From Phycisphaerales bacterium (GTDB lineage: Bacteria; Planctomycetota; Phycisphaerae; Phycisphaerales; SM1A02), in the NCBI GenBank assembly GCA_029268515.1, contig JAQWNP010000010.1, positions 218,330 to 282,329 on the forward strand: a stretch of DNA of 64,000 bases. Reading direction: 5' to 3'. The notes beneath the pieces were generated by a model. That model had not been told where the DNA came from. It saw nothing but the letters and a program-made list of their open reading frames with translations, and searched no databases. Positions 46,717 to 56,301 of this stretch are shown here, piece by piece. Position 1 is the first letter of the stretch; each line of letters begins with the position of its first letter. The position numbers and the translations under genes were made by a program.

Positions 46717-47781
46717 ATGCCGCAGCCCGATCGTGATGAAATCCTCGAATTCATCAGTGACCTCGACTTTGTTGCGGCCGGGATAGCGCCAGCTGCGCCG
46801 ACAGATTATGAGTCGTCATATCGGAGCTGGGTGGCACAAGGTCAGCATGGTGAGATGGGCTACCTCGAGCGCAACATTGAGGTACGCATGGATCCTCAGC
46901 AACTACTTCCAGGCGCCAAATCGATTATCTGTGTAGCGGATCGGCACACGCGCCATGCGCGACCAACCCAGGGCGGGTATGAGGGTCAATCAGGACCGGC
47001 AAATGTCGGTCGAATTGCACGTTATGCGCAAGGTCGCGATTACCACAAAGTCATTAAACGTCGTCTCTTCAAGTTGGTGGATTGGTTGAAGAAATACTGC
47101 CCAGATGCAGAATTCAAGGTTTGCGTTGATACGGCGCCATTACTAGAACGAGAGCACGCACAGCGAGCGGGCTTGGGAACGGTTGGTAAAAACACACTTC
47201 TACTGCGACCAGGTGAGGGGAGCTACCTGCTGCTGGGCGCCGTCGTTACAACGCTCGCAATCAAGCCCACGGAGATTGAGCAGCAGGATCCATGTGGTTC
47301 TTGCACAAGGTGTATAGACGCATGTCCAACGACAGCCATCAAGCCATGGTCCGTCGATGCATCTCGGTGCATTAGTTATCTCACAATTGAACACCGTTCC
47401 GCCATAGATGAGGCCTTTCATCCATCAATAGGGGCGTGGTTGTTTGGGTGTGATGTTTGCCAGGAAGTGTGTCCACACAATCAGCCGACGCTTCGGAGTG
47501 GTCGTCTTGACTGCCATGAAGCTTATGAACCAATCAACACCGAGTTCGACCTGCTGACGGTCTTGGGATGGGATGAATCTGATCGCCGCGCAGCCTTTGA
47601 GCGATCGTCGATGAAGCGTGCTCGTCTAGAAATGATGCGTCGAAATGCCGCTATTGTTGCAGGTAATATTGAAGCTCGACCAGAGCTGGTACAGCGTGTC
47701 AGCGCTCTGAGCAGCGACTCTCAAGAAGATGACTTAGTTAAAGAGGCTTCGCGTGCAACAGTCAGTCGTGCAAGTTGGTAG
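46717..47781 (+). CDS. queG: Epoxyqueuosine reductase
   Basis: Motif WVAQGQHGEMGYLERN and two 4Fe-4S motifs, CGSCTRCIDACPTTAI and CDVCQEVCPHN. The ATG at 46717 has GAAGGGG upstream. Confidence 0.85.
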   Translation: MPQPDRDEILEFISDLDFVAAGIAPAAPTDYESSYRSWVAQGQHGEMGYLERNIEVRMDPQQLLPGAKSIICVADRHTRHARPTQGGYEGQSGPANVGRIARYAQGRDYHKVIKRRLFKLVDWLKKYCPDAEFKVCVDTAPLLEREHAQRAGLGTVGKNTLLLRPGEGSYLLLGAVVTTLAIKPTEIEQQDPCGSCTRCIDACPTTAIKPWSVDASRCISYLTIEHRSAIDEAFHPSIGAWLFGCDVCQEVCPHNQPTLRSGRLDCHEAYEPINTEFDLLTVLGWDESDRRAAFERSSMKRARLEMMRRNAAIVAGNIEARPELVQRVSALSSDSQEDDLVKEASRATVSRASW

Positions 47782-47806
47782 GTCAGGCCATCAAAAAAAC
47801 AGGCTA

Positions 47807-49849
47807 TTATCCGGCACCTAGGATGGTGCCAATTGACTGCATGATCGCCATCTCGGCTTCTTGGGATGTCTGAAATTTGCCTTCGCGAACTTGGTCTTTG
47901 ATCGCATTTAGGGCGCTAATGAGTTGAGGCGCTTTTTGAATCATTCCCAGCATTTGCTGGGAACCAGCTTTGCCGAATTCAGCATCACCATTGAGCATCC
48001 AAGAGCCATTAATGCGAATAAGTTCGGACGTTTCAGGCATGCCAAACGGTCCAGGGTAAGCAAGCTTTGCGTTATCTGCTCCCTGTAGAGTGACGGTTGC
48101 ATTGTCCAGTGGCGGAATTGGCTCGATTGCTGCCGTCATCATTTCATTGAGGCCCTTGCCCCAGCGTTCCTCCATTGCCTTATTGGTCTCATAGAGGGCA
48201 AGAATGATCTCTGAAAATTGACTAATTTGATTGGCAAGCGAGGTATTGTTGAAGTGGGTTACCTTGAGCAGATCGTTGAATTGCTGCGATGGACTTTCAG
48301 TCATCTCTATTGATTGAATGTGTGCAATCAGCGCTTCTGGTGTCGGATAGGATGGATCGCTGCCGCCAGTTGTCAACTGTAGTTGCAGGCCGCCACCACC
48401 CATGTTTGGTGTTGTCGCTGTGTTTGGTGAGGAGCCCGTATTCGGTGCTGTCAGTGATTGTGTTGAAGGGCCTCCAATCAAGACCATCATGTCATCAATG
48501 TTGCGAACAATCGCCTCAGCATCGGGCAGTTGAGTCGCGAGCGTCTTGGCGCGGGTAAGTGCCTCAGAGGCTTGCTTCCGAGCCTCGGCAGCTTGTTGGT
48601 CATATTGGATTCCAGAAGTGCTTGCTATATTACTTCCCAATAGTCCAACACGGATCGCCTCTTTGATTGAATCGACCATGATCGCTTGGGATTCAAGGCT
48701 GCGAGCACGCGAGGCAGCAAGCTGAGCTTTTCGCTCCTCACAGCCTAATACAACTTGCATTAACAGCGTTCGATCTCGGCCACTTCGCATGCCCATTGCT
48801 CGGTTTTCAGTATTGATCGCATCAGAAAGATAGCGATCGGCTTTCTCGTAAGCAGGTGCGAGTGATTGGGTCTCACGTGAATTGATTGAATCAATGGTTG
48901 TGCGCAGTTGAGCCGCAGATTTGTTGTAGTCGGCTAATGCTTTTTCAGCATTGGCATCAGCTGTCGCAGCGAATTGTTCAAGATCAATATGAGCTTTACC
49001 AAGGTCACTGACGAGCTCAGCGAGTGCTTGTGCCTGGCTATCAAAGAAGTTGTGCTCTGCCTCGAGGTTGTAGCGGAGCTCTAGCTCATTCTCAGTGACC
49101 GTTTGGTCAAGTTGGTGAGTTTGCCGGCGAGCGTGCATTGCGCGTTCGAATAGTTCTAGACTTTCTAAGCCTCGCTTCATCGCTGCAGATTGGGCATGTT
49201 GGTTAAAGGTCGATTCCAGTTGCGAGATTTTCTCTCTCGTCAATCCGATCGTTTCTTGTCTTCTGGCAATTGGTTCGTTTAAAGAACTCTTACTTGCTTC
49301 AAACTGGGATTGGTAACGCGAAGCTTCGTCACGCGCTGTTGCAATTGCTTCTGCGCTTATAGCGTCGTAAAGCAGTTGAGAAGAATCGGCCACCGATTTT
49401 AAGAGAATGGTTTTTTCAAGATGCTGTTGTGCAACAAATCGGTCATCTCGTTGTAGTACTTCCAATCGACTTATCTCTGAGCTGGCAAGCTGAAAAAGGT
49501 CACGTAGTGTCTGTGATTCGAGTTGTAAGGCTGCTGCTTTCTGGCCTTTGGCGCCAATCGTAGTGAGCGGCTTCACGCGGTTACGAATCGCAATAAGTTT
49601 TTGTTCTATTTGCACATCTGCATCAGCGGTGCCACGCTCCATGGTATGGCGAGCCTTCTTGAGTTCTGCTGATGCCTCAATCAGATTCTTGTGCGCGTCA
49701 GCTCGTTCACGCGTACTTGCATCTTCACACCCAAAGAAGGGTGCCAGGAGCATGATGATCAAAGCGGTGAATGCCAGCACATCAGCCCGGGACAGGTTCC
49801 AATAGCTGAGGGAGGCATTTCGGGATCTAAAAAGGACAAGATTTTTCAT
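47807..49849 (-). CDS. Coiled-coil lipoprotein, hypothetical (third gene of the DUF4139 operon)
   Basis: Lipobox-like LLAPFFGC after an N-terminal TM helix. The rest is long heptad-like A/E/Q/R-rich sequence with no recognised domain. Confidence 0.5.
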   Translation of the reverse strand: MKNLVLFRSRNASLSYWNLSRADVLAFTALIIMLLAPFFGCEDASTRERADAHKNLIEASAELKKARHTMERGTADADVQIEQKLIAIRNRVKPLTTIGAKGQKAAALQLESQTLRDLFQLASSEISRLEVLQRDDRFVAQQHLEKTILLKSVADSSQLLYDAISAEAIATARDEASRYQSQFEASKSSLNEPIARRQETIGLTREKISQLESTFNQHAQSAAMKRGLESLELFERAMHARRQTHQLDQTVTENELELRYNLEAEHNFFDSQAQALAELVSDLGKAHIDLEQFAATADANAEKALADYNKSAAQLRTTIDSINSRETQSLAPAYEKADRYLSDAINTENRAMGMRSGRDRTLLMQVVLGCEERKAQLAASRARSLESQAIMVDSIKEAIRVGLLGSNIASTSGIQYDQQAAEARKQASEALTRAKTLATQLPDAEAIVRNIDDMMVLIGGPSTQSLTAPNTGSSPNTATTPNMGGGGLQLQLTTGGSDPSYPTPEALIAHIQSIEMTESPSQQFNDLLKVTHFNNTSLANQISQFSEIILALYETNKAMEERWGKGLNEMMTAAIEPIPPLDNATVTLQGADNAKLAYPGPFGMPETSELIRINGSWMLNGDAEFGKAGSQQMLGMIQKAPQLISALNAIKDQVREGKFQTSQEAEMAIMQSIGTILGAG

Positions 49850-49966
49850 CGAGTGGGGTCCAGCATGGCTTCTTGGTTTGTTGCAGCTTGCTCACATTCA
49901 ACTTAGCGTCGGCTTGCATGCCGATCTGATCGGATTAGTGTAGCAATGCACAGGATGTGCCTGGGG

Positions 49967-51370
49967 CTATGGCGTGGTTTGGTCTGTAGATTGCGGTTGG
50001 CTGGGCTTCGGCGACCGACTTTCAGACGCTTCAGGGGGGTAGGTAATAGGGTAGTTATGCCAGGGGCGTTTTCCCATGGCATCAATCCAATTGAGTGCTG
50101 GTGCATAAGTTTGGCGATTGCTGGTATTCAGGCTGGGTTTCCACCCTCGGACAGCTGGATGCTGCTTTTGGCTTTGGTTGCGTGGTAACGCATATTGAAG
50201 CAGGAGGGAATTTTCTGGCGTATCTAAATTGAGAATGGGCCATTGTTCATTCGATGCTGCTTGTCTGAGAATGATGTAGTTGGTGTATCGGGCGGCGACA
50301 TCGTCGGGATTGGTGGGAATCACCAGTCGGAAGTCACCAACACCAGGGCCACCATGGCAGGTTGCGGTTCCACAAGATCGTGTCAGAAATCGCTCATGAA
50401 TACGCTCTTTAAATAAGAGCATTGATCGGGGATCTTCCTGTACTTGAATGCCATCAATGAGATCAGAGGCTTCGAGTCGCCTCATGAAACGAGCCACTTC
50501 AATAGGTTCTGCTTCGAATAATTGTCTCTGTTCAGCCACATCACTAGGCATCAGCGGGTGATCACTATAAGCTTCGATCAAAGCATGGATAATGTTGGGG
50601 TCTACTCTGACATTCGGTGGTTTACTGAAGTCAATTTCGTAAATACGAATACGATTGATGTCTTGCTCACTCAGCCGTGGTATTTTTTCCGATTCGGCAT
50701 TTGTTTGTGGTGAAGTATTGGTAGTTGTTTGTTCGCCATCCATGTTCTCTGTTGGATTGTCGGAAAGCAACAGTCGAGCACGAGCAATTCGAATGAGATT
50801 GCGTACCTCCGGTGTGTCGTGGCCTCGCTCAATAACACTCAGTTCTTCTAAGGCTAAAGTTGGCTCGTTTTCCTTAAGAAGCCAGCGTGCAAACAATACA
50901 TGTCGAGCCCAAGCGCCATCAACTAATGCGTTTTTGTATTGGTTGTACTGGGCTTGAAAGGTGGGCTCTAGTTCAACAAAGTGAACGTCTTCCCTCATCC
51001 ATGAGATTTCAATGCCCTGTATTTCTATCACAACTCGATGGAAGTCATCGCTTTTGACAATTCCAAGATGGGATTGGCCACTGCGTAAATAAACGCGGCC
51101 TCTTTGTCCTTCGACTGGGTCTACAAGTCGAACAATTTCCATGACTTCTTCGGGGCGCAATATTTTGATTTGCCCATCAGTCGTTCTAATTTCAAATTGT
51201 TCATCCGAGCGTGAGAGTAGTGTTCCTTGGACTGTATTCTTGCCCCCGAGTCCTAGTATGACCCGAGATGTATTGACCGTCTGCGTTGGCGGTTCTTGAG
51301 TGGCATCATCGCTAACAGCAGGTTGGCAGGCGACGAGAAGTAATGCAAGAGAGAGTGCTTGAATAGTCAT
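49967..51370 (-). CDS. Lipoprotein, hypothetical, with a C-terminal CX4CH motif region
   Basis: I placed the start at ATG 51370, 8 nt after the upstream stop. Lipobox LLLVAC. C-terminal region FLTRSCGTATCHGGPGVGDFRLV. Confidence 0.5.
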   Translation of the reverse strand: MTIQALSLALLLVACQPAVSDDATQEPPTQTVNTSRVILGLGGKNTVQGTLLSRSDEQFEIRTTDGQIKILRPEEVMEIVRLVDPVEGQRGRVYLRSGQSHLGIVKSDDFHRVVIEIQGIEISWMREDVHFVELEPTFQAQYNQYKNALVDGAWARHVLFARWLLKENEPTLALEELSVIERGHDTPEVRNLIRIARARLLLSDNPTENMDGEQTTTNTSPQTNAESEKIPRLSEQDINRIRIYEIDFSKPPNVRVDPNIIHALIEAYSDHPLMPSDVAEQRQLFEAEPIEVARFMRRLEASDLIDGIQVQEDPRSMLLFKERIHERFLTRSCGTATCHGGPGVGDFRLVIPTNPDDVAARYTNYIILRQAASNEQWPILNLDTPENSLLLQYALPRNQSQKQHPAVRGWKPSLNTSNRQTYAPALNWIDAMGKRPWHNYPITYPPEASESRSPKPSQPQSTDQTTP

Positions 51371-51378
51371 AATTGCGA

Positions 51379-53055
51379 TCAAGGAAGCGGTGTGGTTTCA
51401 ATATCTTTGCCGCGGTTAATTGAGTAGCTGTAGTTTACTATTTTTGCTTTGTCGCCAGTTGAATAGGCAGGGATCATGATGTCCCAGCGAAGGAGTCCTT
51501 GTTTTTTCTGATTGTTGACGTACTGTACATCAGTAGAGAGTGGGGGACTGACTTCAGACATACTAATCGTGATGTCGCTTGATCTTGAGACGGGCCAGCG
51601 ATCCCAAAGTTCCAGGTCAATGGGGTGGTCAGCACCATTATCAATATCGATACGAACGTTATAGATTGTTTCACGGCCCCCACTAAACAAGCCAGTGTTA
51701 TCAGTCCGCTTCTCGAGCACAATTCTTTTGGCGCGGATTGATGGGTCTACGCCAAAGTAAAACTGGTAGGAGGCCGAGGGTGCGACAGAATCAATTTGGG
51801 ACTGGCCTACATAATCATTTCCAACAAAGATAGAGGCCGTGCCAGGCAGGAACTGGTAATTGCTGGTGTTTTCTATTTTGCCTTTGATGTAAACCTCTTC
51901 AGTCAACAACGGAATGGCGATGTTGATGTAAGAGACATTGTTCTGAAACGTTGCTATTCGGGTGCGTTGTTGCTGGTCGTTCCCTGATGCGATGGTCATC
52001 GTTCGAGGTAGTGTGAAAGTGACGGCCGAGCCCGAGCCATCGACGGTTGCTTTGCTAGCAAATTGTTCTAAGGCAGCTTCTCGCGTGTCGTAATAAGAGC
52101 TTTCTGAATCCGCAGCGACAGCTCGAGAGCGCACGTCCCCACGTGCGGCGGAGGGCATGGGCGGTGGCGGAGTGTAAATGTCTACGAAATATGGGTTGAT
52201 GGTGGGTGGCTCTGCAGCTTGGCTGGGTTGAGCGGTCGAGAGCACCATATTGACATTGTTCCAGTTCTCGCCCGTCGTTTGCATCACGATTGCATCGTAT
52301 TCAATGTTGATTGTTGATTCCTGAAAATCGGCTCGGACAGCATATGTTGGAACCCAGGCTGCACGGTTAACCAGATAGGTCAGCTGAAGTGTTGCTTTGG
52401 TTGGTTTTGTGGCAACAAAGGTGACCACAACCTGGCTTGTTTGGCCTCTTTGGGAACCAATATTCTTAATCTTTCGCTCCAAGACTTCGGCTTGCTCAGT
52501 CAGTTTTCGAAGCAGTTGTTTTTCAAGAAGCTGGTTTTCCAAAAGGGTTGCCAATTGTTTGCCAAGAAAATCGAGCTGGTTTTCAATGACACTCGTGTCC
52601 AAAGCTGACGTGCCAATGTCAAGGGCTGCCTCTTCACTTCCACGAGAAGCCATGCTGTTAAGGAAGACTATTTGTGAATTAATAACTTCGACGCTATTTT
52701 TTTTGTGACTGATTTGCTCTCTTACATCATCCAATTCAGCAATAAGTTTTTGTGCCTGCTCACTGTTTGATTCGGTGGAAGGAATAACCTGGTATTCAAG
52801 ATCAACAACTTTTAAATCGCCCAACGACTTTGCTTGTATTGAGTCTTTGAGGATCGTCGATGGCATCTTTGCAAAGGTGAGATTCCAGAGACCGGGCTGG
52901 ACCTCCAATTCAGCGGATCGTGTCACTGATGCTCGCTCTCTAAAAACAGTCACGTCAGTGATGCTGTCTTTTGCTTTGAGAGGGACTGACACCGGTTGGT
53001 CTTGTGCGAAGGTTGGAGCAGTGAGAGTCAATAGGACTAGTAGGTACAAACGCAT
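51379..53055 (-). CDS. DUF4140/DUF4139 (MuiA-like) family protein
   Basis: Signal peptide, N-terminal VTVFRERASVTRSAELEVQPGLWNLTF, a central coiled coil, then LQLTYLVNRAAWVPTYAVRA. This layout is typical of the family. The call is made from memory, not from an HMM. Confidence 0.6.
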   Translation of the reverse strand: MRLYLLVLLTLTAPTFAQDQPVSVPLKAKDSITDVTVFRERASVTRSAELEVQPGLWNLTFAKMPSTILKDSIQAKSLGDLKVVDLEYQVIPSTESNSEQAQKLIAELDDVREQISHKKNSVEVINSQIVFLNSMASRGSEEAALDIGTSALDTSVIENQLDFLGKQLATLLENQLLEKQLLRKLTEQAEVLERKIKNIGSQRGQTSQVVVTFVATKPTKATLQLTYLVNRAAWVPTYAVRADFQESTINIEYDAIVMQTTGENWNNVNMVLSTAQPSQAAEPPTINPYFVDIYTPPPPMPSAARGDVRSRAVAADSESSYYDTREAALEQFASKATVDGSGSAVTFTLPRTMTIASGNDQQQRTRIATFQNNVSYINIAIPLLTEEVYIKGKIENTSNYQFLPGTASIFVGNDYVGQSQIDSVAPSASYQFYFGVDPSIRAKRIVLEKRTDNTGLFSGGRETIYNVRIDIDNGADHPIDLELWDRWPVSRSSDITISMSEVSPPLSTDVQYVNNQKKQGLLRWDIMIPAYSTGDKAKIVNYSYSINRGKDIETTPLP

Positions 53056-53266
53056 ATGAGGGCTCCAATGATTGATGAGATGAGCAGACTGTCCATAATA
53101 CGAGTTGGGTTCAATTCCGGTTGTGGCATGGCCTTGAATGACATCTGAAAGTGGCTTTGAACTATTGAATTACGCTCAGGCGATCCATAACAGTCAACGT
53201 GGTAAATCGGAACATGTTGCGAGAACATATCCTGATTCTAGTTTTTATGACAAGACGGCTAAGTGG

Positions 53267-56248
53267 CTATTCGGTCTGCTCGTCACGCTCTGGTTCGACA
53301 AAGTCCTGCGAAATGGTGCTGATGATGCCTGCGGAATCAAGGATCTCAGCAATTCTCTGGCGATCAGGAAGGTCAGAGTTGGCGACTTCCGAAGCCAGTT
53401 GCTTGCGTTCTAGCTCAAGGCCTAGGTACTGGACGGCAAGGCTGGCAATCTCACTCGCTGGCATTGTTTCCAAGTAATCAATGCCATCACGATAAGCAAT
53501 GCGTGCAGCAAGACTCTTTGCCATCACCCAGTTGAGATAGGTCTGAGGCAGTCTTGTCCAGATTTCATCACCAACCATGTCAACGAGGACTTCTGGCAGA
53601 TGTTCTTGCACAAGTTTTTGAAGCAGATGTATCTGTGACACAGGCACCTGCTCGATAGCGGCTTCAATCGCATCAGCAGTTCGAATCATGACTCGGCTTA
53701 ATCGAATACTGAGATCTGGTACTGGTACCTGAGGTTGCTGCCTATGCAGCCGGGTCAGTAGTTCAACTTCTCTTCTTGCAAGATCACGTAATTTGTCAAT
53801 GACCTGGGCAACAAATACTGGCTTGATTGATAGGAACTGCTCTTCGGAGAGGAGCATGCATGCCGCGATCTCATAACTGGAACAGATGACGCCACACTTA
53901 TTGGCAGACGAGTCTTTAAGAATCAGAGTGCCGTGTTCTGAAAGGTATTGACGGGCATCTGGTGTCAGAAACAAATTAGCGCCTTCAACAATAAGTTTGC
54001 TGGAAGGTTGTCCATCTGCGTCCAAGAATTCGTGGGCATTCTTTTCATGGATTGAGTTAGGCCGACCACCACAAGGAACAAAGGCATCCGCCTTCACACG
54101 ATTATGTAATGAGTTACGTAGATGGACACCGTCTGGCTCATCGATTGCAACGGTCCTTCCATTGTCCCCCAATTGGCTTTGATCGAAGCTGGCAATTGGA
54201 AGGGCTGCCCGGAAAAGGCGCAATAATTCATGGTGATTAAGGCCATCTGGATCTTCAGCGCAACCACTGCCATCAGCAATGCCGACGATTTTGCAACGAT
54301 CGCCATAGTTCGTATCAAGAATCTGAATGAGATTGCCAGCAACATCGCCGTCAGGACCACCGGTAATCTTGATGGAGAAGGTGTCTTTTTCAGGATCAAT
54401 GCCGATGGTCTCAAGTCCAACGCGAAGGAAGACATGAACGCCTTCACTGGTGACACCGTATTCCTTGTGGTTAATGCCAGCGCCTGGCTTTGAACTCATC
54501 AGAGCTGTTGGAAGTGGATAACCACGTCGCTCAGCACGATCAACAATCCAGTCAATGTGTGCTGGTGTGATTCCCTCATCAGGCCCGAAGTAGAGTAGCT
54601 CGTCTTGTCCGAAGCGATCGTAAACTTGAGACCTTATTTCTGGATCGGGTGTGATGAGATCAAGTATGGAATCAACGAATGCTTTCACCGAACGGGTGAT
54701 GCGTGACTTGGGTGAAATCAGAAGTGTTGCTTTGGCGCCACCTTCAGGAATGTCCTTGTTCTTGAGTTGTTGGGCACTGGCAAGGTTGAATGCCTCGTCA
54801 TAGAGGCGTTCTGATTCCCTTGCAAATTGGTCTGCACTTCGAGGGTGCACGGCTCTGACCCCGCCACGAGCAATGTCACGAAAGCGTACATGGAAGCCAT
54901 TGAAGCCCCGGCCATGAACGAAGAAGACCCCAAACGGGATGACTGGACGGTCGCTTGTGGCGAGAAACTGTGGTTCAACACGCATGGATAAGGCGTATCG
55001 ATCGGGAAGGTAGATGTTGGTACGAAGAACAGCCCCAACGGCTTCAAGCATTTTTCGCAGGGCCAACCGAGAGTCTTCAAGATCAACATTGCTGCTTAGA
55101 TGCTGATCGAGTTGGTTTCGCTTTTCTTCAAATTCAGCATCACTCAGAGGATGATCTGGGTGGAAACGATCCAGAAAGAGATTTGCAATAGCCAAAGAAA
55201 TTTCAAGATTTCGCTCAGCCAACGTCGTGAGGCGAATGGGTGTAAAAGCGTAAGGGTTTTCTTTCACAAGTACCTGGTAAGACAAATCAACCAGCGCAGT
55301 AATGATCTCGGCTCGAGTGAGATCGAGCTCTGGATGCCGGTAGGCAAGTGAGAGCGTGCGCAGGTCGAGCCACTTGATTCGCAGGAGGTCGCTATAAACC
55401 GTTTTCCACAGTTCGCTCTCAGGGTCAATCGCATTGCCATCAGGGCCTTGCACCACAAAACCCAGCATGCTGATTGATCCATTCGTACCATCGTCAATCG
55501 TGTCTAAGTAGGCGCGCCGAATATTGATGCCGGAACGACTCATGCGTTCTGCAATACGTTCAAGCATAGAACGTCGGGTTGAATTACCCACAGTGATGAC
55601 AATTCTAGAGAGGCATGGATCTGCTTCATCTTCAAGTTGTACAGCAGTTCCATCAGTTCCTGAGACACGCTTGAAAAGAGCCCAGTGGGCGCTCATTCGA
55701 AGCGGCGTAACTGTCATGACATAGTCGGCATTGCAGCGTCTGAAGAAGTCAATGACTTCTTGGTCAGGCCATTCAGCTAACTGCTTTTTGGCATAAGCAA
55801 GTGTGGACTTAAGTTTGGCCGCTTGCTCTGGGTCATTTTCATCGAAGAGGGGGGTGTCGCCAAATTCAAATGTGTCAAGAACAAGTTGACCATCAGTGGC
55901 GGTATGGATCTTGGCGGCGCGAAGGGGGGAGTCGATGGGGAGTTCTTTAGCGAGTTCCGCCAAGACGCCGGGGTAATCGAGTGGGCGCATACTCGTCCAT
56001 TGGGATCCATCCTCACTGCGCAATGTCAGCTCGATGGGTCGGCCAGATGCTCGTGAAGCGATGATTGCCCGAAGGTGGACCAGCTGGGTTGCATGGTCCG
56101 TGTCTTGGAAATACACCTGAGGCATGTTCTTTAGGAACCAAGGGGTGACAGCCTCTGCGGTTTCTCGCAGGCTGGAGGCGACCTCATCCACAAGTCTGGA
56201 ACCATCCATTCGCTGTCCTCTAGTCTCTATTGCTGGTTTTGGAGCCAT
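53267..56248 (-). CDS. Large NAD-specific glutamate dehydrogenase (about 115-kDa, GDH2-like class)
   Basis: Motifs FRDIARGGVRAVHPRS...AQQLKNKDIPEGGAKATLLI, YFGPDEGITPAHIDWI and ITGGPDGDVAGN. Confidence 0.7.
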   Translation of the reverse strand: MAPKPAIETRGQRMDGSRLVDEVASSLRETAEAVTPWFLKNMPQVYFQDTDHATQLVHLRAIIASRASGRPIELTLRSEDGSQWTSMRPLDYPGVLAELAKELPIDSPLRAAKIHTATDGQLVLDTFEFGDTPLFDENDPEQAAKLKSTLAYAKKQLAEWPDQEVIDFFRRCNADYVMTVTPLRMSAHWALFKRVSGTDGTAVQLEDEADPCLSRIVITVGNSTRRSMLERIAERMSRSGINIRRAYLDTIDDGTNGSISMLGFVVQGPDGNAIDPESELWKTVYSDLLRIKWLDLRTLSLAYRHPELDLTRAEIITALVDLSYQVLVKENPYAFTPIRLTTLAERNLEISLAIANLFLDRFHPDHPLSDAEFEEKRNQLDQHLSSNVDLEDSRLALRKMLEAVGAVLRTNIYLPDRYALSMRVEPQFLATSDRPVIPFGVFFVHGRGFNGFHVRFRDIARGGVRAVHPRSADQFARESERLYDEAFNLASAQQLKNKDIPEGGAKATLLISPKSRITRSVKAFVDSILDLITPDPEIRSQVYDRFGQDELLYFGPDEGITPAHIDWIVDRAERRGYPLPTALMSSKPGAGINHKEYGVTSEGVHVFLRVGLETIGIDPEKDTFSIKITGGPDGDVAGNLIQILDTNYGDRCKIVGIADGSGCAEDPDGLNHHELLRLFRAALPIASFDQSQLGDNGRTVAIDEPDGVHLRNSLHNRVKADAFVPCGGRPNSIHEKNAHEFLDADGQPSSKLIVEGANLFLTPDARQYLSEHGTLILKDSSANKCGVICSSYEIAACMLLSEEQFLSIKPVFVAQVIDKLRDLARREVELLTRLHRQQPQVPVPDLSIRLSRVMIRTADAIEAAIEQVPVSQIHLLQKLVQEHLPEVLVDMVGDEIWTRLPQTYLNWVMAKSLAARIAYRDGIDYLETMPASEIASLAVQYLGLELERKQLASEVANSDLPDRQRIAEILDSAGIISTISQDFVEPERDEQTE

Positions 56249-56301
56249 GGGTCATTGATAACGCCCCTTCCTCATTCAATCAAGCGGAGATTGAGTGAGT
56301 C

